Numbered from the stretch's first letter, positions 49,195 to 62,976 are shown. The stretch: DNA of 64,000 bases from Octopus sinensis (GCF_006345805.1 NC_043012.1:44640001-44704000); one strand, 5' to 3'. A program made the numbers and translations. Notes: generated by a model from the sequence alone, not told the origin.

Positions 49195-50200
49195 ATTGAG
49201 CAATTCCCTCATAAAATTCCAGACAGAATTGAAAAGAGTTTCATCACCGAAGGATTAAAGTTTATTCCCCAAAACAACATTTTTGACTACATAGATCAAA
49301 CAAAGCTTATTCTAAGAAATAGACTGTCTGTTCATCGACAACAAATACGAGACCCCAGTACTAGACAGATTCCACTGAGTGGACACATAGACATATGTGC
49401 AACAAATATGTCCCCCAAATTCCAGGTCTTCCCACTCTACCTATATTCAGTCAAATCCACAGATGAAGCACAGATAAACAAAGAAAATACTTTCATACAA
49501 ATGTACAAACCAAGACGTAACAAACTTTAACAGAGTACACATACAAATAACTATCCACACACAAAACTCATTCTGCCATTTAATATGAGGAACCTATACA
49601 ACGAACAACTTTAGCCATTGAACTACATACAAACGACTACAAACGACATACAAACTACATTCAAGCGACTCCTTTCCACTCTCCCACCTTGATTGTAACT
49701 GAACATGTTCACTCAACCGTGTCGGCCTTCTTTTTAGGTGCAAAATATATTGTCACATGATACTAAGGCACAGACATAGTGGGAAATGTACAAAAGGTAA
49801 TAAACTTAATCATGTGTTCATTCTCTACAGACACTTGACAGAAAACATTCAGAGCATTGATTATTTGGACATGCTCAGTCAACCGTGTCAGCCTTAGCTT
49901 ACGACGCCAAACATTGTCACTAGATACTAACACACGGATGTAGCGGGGAATTAACAAAAAATTCTAAGACCAGTCATGTGACTACCAATCAAAACCTATT
50001 CAAAACACATACTAGTTTGAACCATGATCTTCCTATAAAAATAGGGTAAGCTTCAAACACTAGTCAGAAGCAAGACAGTTGCGACAAAAGCCACGTCTTT
50101 ATATTTCAACTTTTTGAAAATCATTGTAAACTGTGAAACCGGTTAAAACTTTAAATATAGTAATAAAAATTATTTCATCTATTATCAGTTCATTTTCAAC
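49195..50200 (+). mobile_element. Internally deleted Penelope-like element: RT sliver fused to GIY-YIG C-terminal half, plus 3' region
   Basis: Open frame 49195-49530: IEQFPHKIPDRIEKSFITEGLKFIPQNNIFD-YIDQTKLILRNRLSVHRQQIR...KENTFIQMYKP; first part is paralogous to 31550-31640. Confidence 0.8.
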
Positions 50201-50271
50201 TTCTATTTTTCCTATTACCCGTGTGAAATAAAATCACGTTGCTTTCTATATATGTATATATGTATATATAT

Positions 50272-50358
<87 letters not shown>

Positions 50359-50464
50359 ATAAGTATGGTAACAGAAAGACGGGTGGGTCACTCAATAACT
50401 GGTTCATGAGCGTCGGATGATAATTAGATACAATTCGTTAAAATAACAGTCCTACAATGTATCT

Positions 50465-50560
50465 TATTTAGTAGATGAAAGGCAAAGTCGACCTCGGCAG
50501 AATTTGAGCTCAGAACTTACAGACAGACGTAATACCATTAAGCATTTTGTCTGGGGTGCT
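50465..50560 (-). mobile_element. SINE family B fragment
   Basis: GATGAAAGGCAAAGTCGACCTCGGCAGAATTTGAGCTCAG. Confidence 0.75.
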
Positions 50561-51689
50561 GTTCACCACCTTGTTTGTTTTAATATTAACAAAATTATCA
50601 ACTTGGTGAGATTGAGAATGGTTGAAACAACCGAATGTATCACTTTTAACCAGCTTCCTTCCAAAGTTTGTAAAATGTTAGTCGCATTTTTGAAAGTTCA
50701 TATTTGTTGGTTTGGTTCTGGAGCAGGAGAGACGAGCAAGTTGTGAGTGCATGAGCGAAGAAATCACGTGAGCAGTAGTTCCGAATAGTATAAGCCACTG
50801 CAGTAACAGAAGAGAAAGCAGACAGCATGTCTGTAGATAATCGGTTGCTATGTTTAAAAATAACTTAAGTAGTTACTAAAAGACTTATGCCATATATGAG
50901 AATACTCTACACGAATAATCTTTGTTAATGCTTATCTGATTAGCGATTTTAATCATCTTAAGTAATTGACATGGCTATATATTTTGTGAGGACGAAGAAA
51001 TAAACGATTAAGCTACTAGTTATGGTAAGGGAATGACCTAGAGCTGTACTCAAATAATATTTTTGGTGTCTGGATACAGACTTGGTCACATGATTTTAAT
51101 AAGACACAAAATGTATTGTTTATAGTAAATATTTCTATTTCCGTTTTGGTAGTTAACCAAAAGAAAGTCATTGTCCAATGAAGGTCAAGCATTGGAAACG
51201 AGTAAAACACTGGAAATATAGACGAAAGTATTGTAGAGCGGTGGTTGACAGAATGGATTTCTGGGCTCTGTAGGGGTTGATAAATAAAGTACCACTCCAG
51301 TGGATTTATTTTTTTTGTCTCTCACTTTTTCTCTCCTTTCTTTCTGAAAGAAATCTACTTTATACTGATCTGGAGCGAGACGGTCTTTGCTGTGTTTAGA
51401 ATGCTCAAGACATATCCTACATCACGATGATGCTCCTTCAATCCCACCAGGAATTGAAAGCCCAAAGCATTTAGCTCTTGGAGAGATTATAAGAGGCGCC
51501 GTAGGAAGGGGCGAACTGCCAAATAGAAATATTCATATCTATAAATTTGTATTAATGGGAAATTACATTTTACACAGGTATTAAAAACACGAATGTGTTT
51601 TAGTTCTCATTAAGTATTTCTTCTAGTTTCATCTGTTAAGACCAATGGGAATACTCAAATTTATCCTCAATATTTCTGGACCGACAAAA

Positions 51690-51905
51690 GTGGCGGGCTG
51701 GCAGAGTCGTTTGCTCGCCGGGCAAAATACTTAGCAGTATTTCGTCCGTCTAACATTCTGAGTTCAAATTCCGCAGAGGCCGACTTTGCCTTTCATCCCT
51801 GTTGGGATCGATAAAATAAGTACCAGTTGCGCACTGGAGTAGATGTAATCGACTTATTTCTCACCCGAAATTGCTGGCCTTGTGCAAAAATTTGAAACCA
51901 ATCTA
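51690..51905 (+). mobile_element. SINE family B
   Basis: GGCGGGCTGGCAGAGTCG...CTGAGTTCAAATTCCGC...GGCCTTGTGCAAAAATTTGAAACC. Confidence 0.88.
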
Positions 51906-52394
51906 TTCTAAAATTTCAGGTTCTTATCTTCTGCATGAAGATATCGCAGCAACTTTATAATTTTAGCGGGTACGCTTACATCCTCTGCACCCCTTATACC
52001 CGAACCTACCACAGGCGTTGCCAGTGGTATGTTAATATTTATTAGCGAAACTTGAAATGTTGATTCTTAGCACTCAACTTAATCTGTCGGGTAGTGGTCT
52101 TTTTGTGATCATTTGAACTATGTGTCTATTAGTAGCATTGTGCTGTGTTATGATGACTCTTTAAGAGGCTTGATTAGTACAATCGTTAAGGTGTTGGACA
52201 AAACACCTTGCAGTGTTTGTTTCGACTTTTTACTTTCTGAATTTAAATCTCATAATGCTGAACACAAATATATTCAACTGTTTTCTTGTGACCAAAATTC
52301 TGATCTTGTGCTATATTAGAAAATATTATTGTTTCCACGATTAATAATTTAATTTTGTCTCATATCATGTCTCATATCATTTTCTATAATCTTG

Positions 52395-52600
52395 CTTTCA
52401 ACTTTTGGCTCTAGACCAGAAAGTTCGAATGCGGTCATAAGTCGATTGCATCGGCCCCAGTGCTCAACTTGTATTTATTTTATCGATCCCGAAAGGATGA
52501 AAGGCAAAGCAGACCTCAGCGAAATTTGAATTCAGAACGTAAACAGACGAAATGTCGCTAAGCAATTCGCCCAGTGTGCTAACGAGTCTGCCAGCTCGCG
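52395..52600 (-). mobile_element. SINE family B
   Basis: GAAAGGATGAAAGGCAAAGCAGACCTCAGCGAAATTTGAATTCAG. Confidence 0.8.
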
Positions 52601-52759
52601 GTCCTATCGATCCCTATAATCTTAAAAAAGGACAGAACAAGTCTGAAAACAAATGACGCGTGAGTCTTTTACTTTCAGACCTGTCAAGGAGGAATGTGGG
52701 GATAAACATAGGTTCGAGAATAAGGAGTGCAGAGGGTGCAAGCTGGAAACACATGATAC

Positions 52760-53134
52760 AATCACCGAATCGAAAGGATACTGGAGTTGGAAAAATGTAA
52801 GATTTTGTGTGACTTTCTTATTCAAACGGATAATATGTTAGAAAATAATAGCCTGGACACAACAATTAGTTGCTTACTGATCGACCCATCATGCCCGTTT
52901 GATTCCAAGATTATACAGAAAGAGGGAGAAAAAGAAAAAGAAAAAATACAATCCCTTGATAATTTGAAGTAAGGGAACAGTAAAGGTTGTGCCTATAATA
53001 ATAATTGGTGCGTTGAGAACAGTAAGCACAGATATAGGCAAATGACTGAAGGAAATTGGAATAGAACGCTCGGTAGAGCTTCTATAGAAAGTTTGTCTCT
53101 TAGGAATAGCAAGGATTATCAGGAGGATCCTAAG

Positions 53135-53135
<1 letters not shown>
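52760..53135 (+). mobile_element. R4/Dong-like RLE C-terminus, decayed
   Basis: KILCDFLIQTDNMLE...CLLIDPSCPFDSKI...VKVVPIIIIGALRTV...KVCLLGIARIIRRIL, followed by (ATT)n. Confidence 0.75.
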
Positions 53136-53189
<54 letters not shown>

Positions 53190-53193
<4 letters not shown>

Positions 53194-53560
53194 TCTACGT
53201 TCTGAGTTCAAATTCCGCCGTGGTAAACTTTACCTTTCATCCTTTCGGGGTCGATAAAATAAATACAAGATGAACACGCGGGTCGATGTAACCATATTAG
53301 GACAACTACTCCCCGAGGACAATTACCCCCCACCATAGGACAGTTCCCCCGACGACAACTATCCACTAGGACAATTACCCACTTGGTTAATTACCACCTC
53401 TCCAATATATTAAGAAGTTTTAAATCATCATCTGTTGTCCTCAGGGGTAATTGTCCTTGGGGGCGGGTTTATTGTCCATGGGGAGGGTAAATGTCCTAGA
53501 CTCGATGTAACCGACTCATCCCCTCCCCCCAAATTGCTGCCCTTATGGCAAAATTTGAAA
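53190..53560 (+). mobile_element. SINE family B split by a 208-bp insertion
   Basis: Body resumes after the duplicated TCGATGTAACC. Confidence 0.8.
53294..53501. mobile_element. Small non-autonomous element with tandem subterminal GGACAATTACCC motifs
   Basis: About 5 forward motifs on the left and about 4 reverse motifs on the right; 11-bp direct repeat TCGATGTAACC at 53283-53293 and 53502-53512. Confidence 0.75.
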
Positions 53561-53565
53561 CTCCT

Positions 53566-53622
53566 ATTCTTCTTCTTCTTCTTCTTCTTCTTCTTTTCTT
53601 CTTCTTCTTCTTCTTCTTCTTC

Positions 53623-53668
<46 letters not shown>

Positions 53669-53700
53669 GATTATGATTATGATTATTATAATTATTATTG
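53566..53700. repeat. (CTT)n-(ATT)n compound microsatellite
   Basis: Direct reading. Confidence 0.95.
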
Positions 53701-55493
53701 AGTGAGAGAGCAGTGCATGCCATCGAAGTGATACTGGGATAAAATATACGAAGTCCAGTATACCCGTCAAGACTACCCGTCTGATAAAGGTACACCAGAC
53801 ACATGCATCACAACCATATGTGCGTGACATGGTGATCTCATATCAAGATAAACAGCACATGACCTTGCAGGTGGGGCCCAGTTAGAATTTTCTTCTGGTC
53901 GAGTAACCCATCCCACTCAAAAGGTCCCTGAATAAGAGCTGTTTAAGGATGTTGAACGAAACACCCATGTTTCTAGAGGTGAATTATTCAAACCTCAAAG
54001 ATTTCCTCTCAACACATGGCTATGATGCTTCCACACTACTTCTGGTGATCAGAGATGCACATATTGTCAGCCACTAAAGGACATGCTCAACTGGTTAAGG
54101 TAAAAAAACTGACAAGCAAATCTGTGGTATTGAGCAGAATATTTGCTGTAGCCCATCTTTGATACAAGACAAATCATGTACATGATAACACTTTCAATCT
54201 GTTAAGATAAGAAGCCAAGAGAGCCATTGCCTGGTACTGTATCAGGGCATTATTATTATTATACCTGTGTTTGTTTTGATATTAAGATTTAAAAAAAATT
54301 GACCTTGTTTGTGACAGAAACTGGACCTGGGATTGCGCCTCCTCAGCAAATTTCATTCCCGCACCAAACAATAACAAAATCCGCTCACACATTTACTCAA
54401 GTGATAAAAACACTGTCACGTTTCATATTAAAGAATGAGTCAAGGACAAGACACCAGATGGCGCTGCCATCACTCTCGTCAAGCTCAGGATGCCATCTGG
54501 TATATTGGTGAAATGAAATGGTTAAACTAATAAAGAAAGCAATGGTTCACTCTATGGCAACCACACCGAGACACACACACACCTTTTAATAATTTCAGTA
54601 AAGAAAAACTCTAGTATTTTTTCATTTTTTTATTGGGTTTTAGTCATTTTAGATTGCAGCCATGTTAGAACACGGCCTTCAAGTTGTTTAGTCGATACTA
54701 TTGATCAAGTATTTATTTCAGCCTCCAACTTATTTTATGATACCCTGTATATCGAACCTCTAAGTTACAAGACATTGTAATATCATTGTATCATTTATTA
54801 AATAATTTAATTGATTTGTTTTATTAGTTCTCGCACTCCGTGAAATGAAAACGTTTACATTGATTTTGGTTTATTGCAATTAGAATTATTTATAAGAAAT
54901 TTCTTCATATCTTTGACCCAGACTTTTAGTGGAAGAGAACCCCTCTGTGACAGCTGGTTTTAGAGTAGAATTTTTATTTTTATATTATTATTTAGAATTG
55001 TTAAGGAGAATTCATCTGCTTCTCGATAAAATTTGGCAATGTGCCTCCACGTAACTATTATTATCAAATTGAATTCTAACTTTAGTACAAGGTCAAAGAT
55101 TTGTAGGCGGGTGCGTATCGATTTAATCGACTCAAGCACATTACTGGTGTTTGTTTATTGGACTTCAGCCCGATAATATTGAATGTTTCTAGAGAGCAAA
55201 GATTATGCTACCCGCGATGTGTGCTACGACTAGGTTTCGATTTTCAGCCAAAGCATCTTCAATTTTTTACCGAATGGTATAGCGATTACACTTTTCTCAT
55301 TGCCTAAAATACATGAATTGGTAGCAAGAGCGAGCTTAGTCAATACAAAAATAGATGTTATTAGTAAATACTTTCCGACAGGTAAGAATCGCTTTCGATT
55401 CTTGGCTCTAGCCACTCCACTTCACTTGAGATAGGCACAAATATCACACAATCTCATTAAAAAAAAGTTTATCGCCTTGTGAAAGGCATCGAA

Positions 55494-55669
55494 GTCGCAG
55501 ATGTGGCTGTGTAGTAAGAAACTTGCTTCCCAACCACGTGGTTCCGGGTGCAGTCCCACTGTATGGCATCTTGGGAATGTGTTTTTACTGTAGCCTTGAA
55601 CCGACCAAAGCCTTGCGAATGGATTTGGCAGATGGAAACTGAAAGAAGCCTGTCATATGTATATATATA

Positions 55670-55722
<53 letters not shown>

Positions 55723-55912
55723 ACATGCGTGTGTGTTTGTCCCTCACCGCTTGACAACCGGTGTTGGTGTGTTTACATCCCCGTAACTTAACGGTTCGCC
55801 AAAGGAGACCGATATAATAAGTACTGGGGTCGATTCATTCGATTAAAAATTCTTCAAGGCGACGCCTCAGCATGGCTGCAGTTAAATGACTGAAACAAGT
55901 AAAAGATAAATG
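55494..55912 (+). mobile_element. SINE family A, full length
   Basis: Head, (TG)n middle, tail all present. Confidence 0.88.
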
Positions 55913-56689
55913 ATAATGCCTAAAGGATTGAATCAATCTAAAATCTTCTTGCTAATATGGCCTGCGTCTGGCAAAAAGGGGTTAATCAATCTTAAGGAAG
56001 GCCTCACGAGCAATCAGGCTCACATTCCTTAAGAAGTACATGGGGCTCCTGGGATTGTACGACTCCATTCTATCATCTACCTTTAACTTATTTATTAAAG
56101 CAGACACCTGATCATTAATAGATATAAAGATGTTGGAGCAGATCATAGTTTTTATATAATTTCCTGGCAGTAAGTTCGTTCTAACTCAGGAAATAGAACC
56201 CCCCCCCAAAGCCAAACAAACAAAAATAAAACGTGTAGCTAGTCCGATTTCTTCACATCTAGTACAAATATCCGGATATCCTGTTAGAACTGGTTCTGGA
56301 ATATTTAAAATTAAATACTCCATCAGCTCCCACTCGGAGCCACCCAGCATTGGTCTATGGAGTGGGTTTCTGTATGTGTGCAGATCGTATATCCCCAAGC
56401 CTCTCAGGTTGTCAGAACAGTCTGCATTCTTTCTATCGTGAAGGAAGCTACCTGTCTCATCCGATGTGTTAGCATACTAGTCTTCCGCAGCATCAGTTCA
56501 AGAAACTTTTGCTTTCCTGGCGTGGATACCTTTTCGAGGGAGAATTCTACGTTTGTTTCTCCATCCTGATGCTGTATTAGCTTCGATCGGAAGGATTCAC
56601 CAAGTCGGGAAGTAGAACGATACGATCCTTAAAGGTAGGAAGGAAGGCACGACACATTACCAAAAGGTTTGGGGTACGCTATCTTCTTT

Positions 56690-57082
56690 CATCTTCTTTT
56701 ATTTGTTTCAGTCACTAGACTGCGGTCATGCTGGGGCACCGCCCTGAATTTTTTACTCGAATGAATCGACCCCCAAACTTACATTTTTCAAGTCCGATAC
56801 TTATTCTATCGGTTTCTTTGGCAGAACCACTAAGTTACGGGGACGTAAACATACCAACACTGGTTTTTAAGAGGTGGTGGTAGACAAATATCGATACAAA
56901 GACACGTGCACATACATAAATATACGACGGACTTCTATCAGTTTCCGTCTACCAAATCCACTCGCAAGGGTCGTCCCGAAGCTATAGTTGAAGACACTTG
57001 CCGAAAGTGCTACGCAATGGGACCGAAACCAGAATCCTGTGGTTGGGAAGTAAGCTGCTTATCATACAGCCACTCCTGCGTC
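56690..57082 (-). mobile_element. SINE family A, full length
   Basis: Reverse complement of head, body and tail. Confidence 0.85.
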
Positions 57083-57539
57083 TATATATATTAAACAAGT
57101 ACTATCAGTACCGTCCTGGGCATGGGCACGCCGGGCAATTGTCCAGGGGGCCTACGGGTTTAGGGGCTCGATTCTTTTCTATGTTTGCTGTGGTGTACTG
57201 ACAATGAATAAATAATATAGGCCGAATGATTTGTAATGCTACTAAGACGGGTCTGGGTACTATAGAAATTAATTCATAAAGAGGAATACATATACTTATT
57301 AAGCGAGAAGCTGTAGACGTGACTTGAAGATCTTGAGATTTGACCATATATGCAATACTTATGAATACTATATAATGCAGCCGTAATACTTCCTGGCACA
57401 GAACCAATAACTGTAGAGAGGTATACACATAACAAATAGCTGAAAAAACATTCTTTAAAATGGCTTCAAGTGTTATGAGCTATACTCAGCTATCTGTGTA
57501 TATATAATATATACATATTACATATATACATACATTCAT

Positions 57540-57619
<80 letters not shown>

Positions 57620-57707
57620 GAATTTACAAAAAACAAAAGGCGAAGACAGGTGTATAACAAGGGAAGTCTTTTACGTTTCGAGCCTACGCTCTTCAATAGA
57701 AATATAT

Positions 57708-57770
<63 letters not shown>

Positions 57771-57775
57771 GTGAA

Positions 57776-58108
57776 GGCGCATGGCTCAGTGGTTAGAGCG
57801 TCGAACTTACGATCGTGAGGTTGTGAGCTCGAATCCTGGACCGCGCTGCGTGTTGTGTTCTTGAGCAAGACACTTTATTTCACGTTGCTCCAGTTAACTC
57901 AGCTGTATAAATGAGTTGCGACGTCACGGGTGCCAAGCTGTATCGGCCTTTGTCTTTCCCTTGGATAACACTGGTGGCGTGGAGAGAGGAGGCCGGTATG
58001 TATGGGTGACTGCTGATCTTCCATAGAACCACCTTGCCCAGACTTGTGACTAGGAGGGTAACTTTCTAGGTGCTATCCCGTGGTCAGTGTCGTGACCGAA
58101 GGGGGCCC
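57776..58108 (+). mobile_element. SINE family C
   Basis: GGCGCATGGCTCAGTGGTTAGAGCG...CTCGAATCC head; body matches 1485-1822. Confidence 0.88.
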
Positions 58109-58120
58109 CGACTCGACATA

Positions 58121-58197
<77 letters not shown>

Positions 58198-58879
58198 GTG
58201 TACACACATATGCGCGCGCACGCACACATATAGCTACTTATCTGCTCTTTTGTGGACATGATATATAAAGATTTAACCTTTTAAAAATACGTACCTGTGT
58301 TGTTTATACTATGAATATAAAATATTCCTTCACATATATTTGAATACATAGACTTATACACTTGTAAATAACCCGTCACAAACAGATATACATCTATATA
58401 TTATTTGTCTATATACGAGTGTGTGTATACGTGTTGCTTTGTATAATCAACTACACATGTAGCTAAAACTCATATATTCATACACATATAAAATATATTT
58501 CTATATGATAAAAATAATTTATAGAATATTTTAAAAAATTCAGGGTATATTAACAAAAATTGCTGAAGTCTGGGTTTTATTCCGTCTGCTGTCATTTTTT
58601 TGTTAAAGAAACTAAAAATGATGTAATTGGCAGTTTGAGATTCTCAGCGTTCTTAATGTATATGCAAAACAAATAATATCTGTCGGTAGCCTGAAGTAAG
58701 TTTTAACCGAAAAAAAAAAAAAAAAATAAATAAGCAACAAAATAAAATGCTAACCCTGTTTTACAATAATTACTTTGTCTAGTTTCTGGATTTATACAAT
58801 ATCGATTATATGAGCTTGTATAAGGTTTTAAATATTTTTTAGTGGCTTCGAATGTCTCGTTTTTCTAAACTTGTACTTG

Positions 58880-59075
58880 TTGCTCAGGCTGGGGTCTGCC
58901 CTTATAGAGCAACACATGATCAATGGTATTCCAGCCGTGACTGTCACGTCTCTTAATGAAGCATATTTTAATCTATATTACATTACATAATGCATTTCTA
59001 AAAATGTTTTTAAGACGAGAGGATGCCATTTGAGGGAAATTAGTTGTTATTTATTGTAGGTCGAGTCTACATAGA
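58880..59075 (+). repeat. Repeat family E, uninterrupted copy
   Basis: Shares both halves with the split copy at 4420-5180. Confidence 0.55.
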
Positions 59076-59149
59076 AATTCCCACGTTTTCAATGTCAGTC
59101 GTTTAAAAGCAATCGCGCTATTAGTGAGTATGGTTAGATTCTTCTAGAT

Positions 59150-59407
59150 CAGTGGTTCTCAACCACTTTTTCGTGCCTATGGAACCTTTTGATTTCTATT
59201 TTATTCAAGAAGGTAGGATCTCATAGCCATTTGATATCCAAAATTTCCTATTATATTTTTATGATTAAAAATCATTAGGGCATGTACGAAACACGCTTAA
59301 ATATTTTATGAATTTAGAAATATAACCAATTTATTGCACATATATTTTAACAACAAGATCTTATATGGACCCTCAAGGGCCATATGGACCCCAGTTGCGA
59401 ACCACTG
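59150..59407. mobile_element. hAT (Charlie-like) MITE
   Basis: TIRs CAGTGGTTCTCAAC and GTTGCGAACCACTG; 8-bp flanks TTCTAGAT/TTTTAGAC with TCTAGA-type target. Confidence 0.85.
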
Positions 59408-60194
59408 TTTTAGACTCTATCCAAAATAAAGGATGCCTACCTGGGTAGACAAAAATAAACACACTAATGAAATATCATTTGTTAGCAGCTTCAAAGTGAC
59501 AAAAGGGAAGTGAATTGATTACTATAAAGAAGTGAAGCAGAGAAAGAGACTTAAATTGTGGGCAACTCAGCCTCTAATGAGCTTTTCTTGCTGAAGACTG
59601 ATAGTAAACTACACCACCGAAGACTGCAGCTTATCATTAAAATTTCAATGACGTATTATTATTGAATCCTCGCAATATATTCAATAACTGTTTGATAAAT
59701 ATTGTCAAAAAGTAATTAAAATATTTGTTTCTATGTATCCCAATGAATTGGTCGAATTATTTAACTGGGATGTAGAATTATGCAGGTAGATAATCACTTG
59801 CTTATTCAGAATATATTTGTAGACTACGATCAACGATCAACAATGTAAATAAACTTCCTAACGACTGGTAGAGAGAGTTCGGCAAACAGTAAGCAGTAAT
59901 CAGGAAATGTTGCTTCGAGTTCCACTTCGACGATGTCATGTTGCTGTTGTTGTTGTTGGTGGTGGTGGTGGTGGCAGTAATGATGGCATATTTTTGCTCC
60001 AGCATGACCATTATTTCGGAAGGGCGGTCGTATTTAATACTCACCCGAGTCGGTTCTCATAGGATTATTTCGCTAGTGAGCAACACCGGGAGCTGTAAAC
60101 TGTGGGTGTTAATTTGCAGCCGTCTTCCTATTTTCTGTTTCATTTTTCACGTTGATTAACATTCTTTCTTATTTCTTGTGCAAGCATTACCATA

Positions 60195-60335
60195 TGGGCG
60201 CAGGCATGGCTGTGTGGTTAATAAGTTTGGTTTGCAAACACGAGGTTTCGGGTTTCGTGCGTCACCTAAGGTGAATGTCATTCACAATGTTCCAGCCGAC
60301 CAATGCATTGTGAGTGAATTTGGTAAACGGAAACG
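60195..60335 (+). mobile_element. SINE family A 5' fragment
   Basis: GGGCGCAGGCATGGCTGTGTGG...GAGTGAATTTGGTAAACGGAAAC. Confidence 0.7.
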
Positions 60336-60383
60336 TCGTGTATATATACATATATATGTGTATATATATACATACATACATAC

Positions 60384-60502
<119 letters not shown>

Positions 60503-61055
60503 CATCGACGTTCAAGTGGGCATAAATAAACTTGTGAGTTTAAGTCCGTACGAGAAAGTAATAAACTGCAAGTTGGAAGATAAACATGAGTGATACGGAA
60601 TCAGTCTTTAGCTCAATCTTCATTCCAAGCTCAACGTGGTCTATTTTACACTGAGACTGTGTGTTTTACGTTGAAAAAAGATTATGATTGACATACAGCC
60701 CTTGCCCATGTGTGTATGTATATTCTCTTGGTCTTCCATCGGTTAATGTTGACCACGCAGCTGTGCTTACAGGTTCAACTCCCTGGGCAAGATTGAGAAA
60801 GATCAGCAGTTATCCATGCAATCAAATCACCCCTCATCAAAATCGAAGGGAATGCTGCCATCATGGGCCGATATAGCTTTGCACCAGAGTTGTTACAGAT
60901 GATATTCTAAGAAAGTAAAGAACAGAAAAACACATTGCAAGAAGAGTGAATCGTAACAAATACTACGATGCATTCCTTTCAACACTCTAGCTATTATTTC
61001 TATACGACACCAATTTTTGTTCGTAGGTGTGTGATTGTGAGTGTGTGTATATCTA

Positions 61056-61505
61056 CAGAGTGTCCTAGAAAGGTTTAGCCATGCTTAAACTCTTCCCCCA
61101 AAATATCTACATTTTACATAAAGATTTGCATATGTCTTTTGTTCATGCTTCTATTGTTTCGTTCGTCTATAACGGGCTTGTAAACAAACATGGCGTCGAA
61201 AACAAAGTGTGACCAGATTCTCGCTTTGAAAACAACTGGAGTGAGCAACAAGGACATATCGAAACCGTTGAATGTGTGCCGTAAAACTGTTCAGTACCTT
61301 GAATCGATGTATGGAATCCGCTGCTACCTTTAGCAACACAATTCCTGGTAGGAAACGATCAATTCATACCAGACAAACTACTGTGAAGAAGCGAGTGAAC
61401 CGAAATCCTTGAAAATTGCAAAAAGCTCTTGATATTTCGAAATAGTAAATGCACAACATTTTAAAAGAGGATTTAAAACTAACTGCATACAAGAAACTAT
61501 CCCGG
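61056..61505 (+). mobile_element. Tc1/mariner 5' fragment (TIR plus transposase N-terminus)
   Basis: TA-CAGAGTGTCC start; MASKTKCDQILALKTTGVSNKDISKPLNVCRKTV...PGRKRSI...HNILKEDLKLTAYK. Confidence 0.7.
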
Positions 61506-61973
61506 TAGTTAATTTCAGCAGCTTCAAAGGAGAAACGTTCACACATGTATAAGTGTATTCAGGTTTATTTATGCAGTTGCCATGTGTGTATATGTACAAG
61601 TCATTGCATTTGTATATATTTACATATATACTCTTTCTTCCGATTCTGCAAGCACATTAATATCAATACACCTACAATAATGCACATAACTATGTCTGAT
61701 CGTGTACTCATTTATATCTGTGTATGTACGTATGTATTCATGCAGCGGGACTGAACCCGGACTGAACCCACACAGCCACGCCTGCGTCTATGTATGCATT
61801 GTATGTATGTCTCTCTCTTTCTTTCATACTCTCTCTTTGTCTGTATATATTCATAGATATACAGACAGCGTATGATTATACATGCGTATTTGTTAATTTA
61901 TATATTTGAAGAAAAATGCCAATTTATATACTTATACATGTGTACAATAATGTTTATGTTTATATGTTTTGTG

Positions 61974-62010
<37 letters not shown>

Positions 62011-62420
62011 TATATATATATATATGCAGTTGTGTGTAGATACGTTTATATGGCCCTTGTGGTTAGAATTATTTATATCAATACAGCTGTTCATATATCT
62101 AATTTTAACATTTTTATTCCGTTTTATCTAACTTGGTGATTGTTGTTTTTCACTTATTTGCTTTTTCCATCTCTTCATTGTCTACATATATTTTTTGAGT
62201 ACGTATATTTCATGACATACGTTTGCTTTTGTATATATACATATATGTATGTATGTGGGTTTTGTGTGTGTACATGCCTTTGTACACGTATGTGTGAATA
62301 TGCATTTGTGTCTGTGTCTGTATGTATATATATTTACATATATATACTTCAGTATATACTTATATGACTGCATGTATGCATATACATACATACACATACA
62401 CACACATATGCATGCATACA

Positions 62421-62452
<32 letters not shown>

Positions 62453-62459
62453 CATACAG

Positions 62460-62621
62460 CAGTCACTATATAATAAGTAGCTTGCTTACCAATCACATGG
62501 CTCTGGGTTCAGTCCCACTGCGTGGGACCTTGGATAAATGTCTTCTGCTATAGCCTCGGGCCTTGTGAGTGGATTTGGTAGACGGAAACTGAAAGAAGCA
62601 CCTCGTAAGTATATATATATA

Positions 62622-62652
<31 letters not shown>

Positions 62653-62840
62653 GTGTGTGTGTGTGTGTTTGTGTGTCTGTGTTTTTTCCCCCCATCACTT
62701 ATTGGTGTGTTTACGTCCCCGAAATTTAGCGCTTCAGCAAAAGAGACCGACAGGCTTACAAAGAATAAGTTCTGGGGGCGGTTTGTTCGACTAAAGGCGG
62801 TGCTCCAGCATGGTCGCAGTCAAACACGTAAAAGAATAAT
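62460..62840 (+). mobile_element. SINE family A
   Basis: AAGTAGCTTGCTTACCAATCACATGG...GGGTTCAGTCCC; tail AAAGGCGGTGCTCCAGCATGG. Confidence 0.85.
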
Positions 62841-62976
62841 ATATATATATATTTTATATTTAGGAGCGGTCAAAAATGTTTTTGAGTTCTTGTTAAAAGG
62901 CGACCTTTGTAAATCTTTTGGTTTGAGATCCTTTCATTCAATTTTGGTATGGTGTGCCCATATTTAGTTTCACACA

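Noticed and set aside
50105-50150. Hammerhead at the Penelope 3' end
   Set aside because: GAAACCGGTT palindrome is present, but the core reads TTGAAAA, the site is GUU and the stems are weak; used only as supporting context
56186-56570. Host exon or Tx1 ORF1 zinc knuckle (CTRCEEIG-LATR)
   Set aside because: The knuckle lacks His and the last Cys, the frames are broken, and I found no splice context
57666-57702. Minus-strand hammerhead-like CTATTGAA-GAGC-GTAG-GCTC-GAAACGTA
   Set aside because: Good hairpin and GAAA, but the core is out of register and stem I is only A/T 3 bp; needs a family consensus
60770-60920. Candidate exon after a TTACAG acceptor
   Set aside because: The frame I checked hits a stop before the next GT donor, and the peptide has no recognisable similarity
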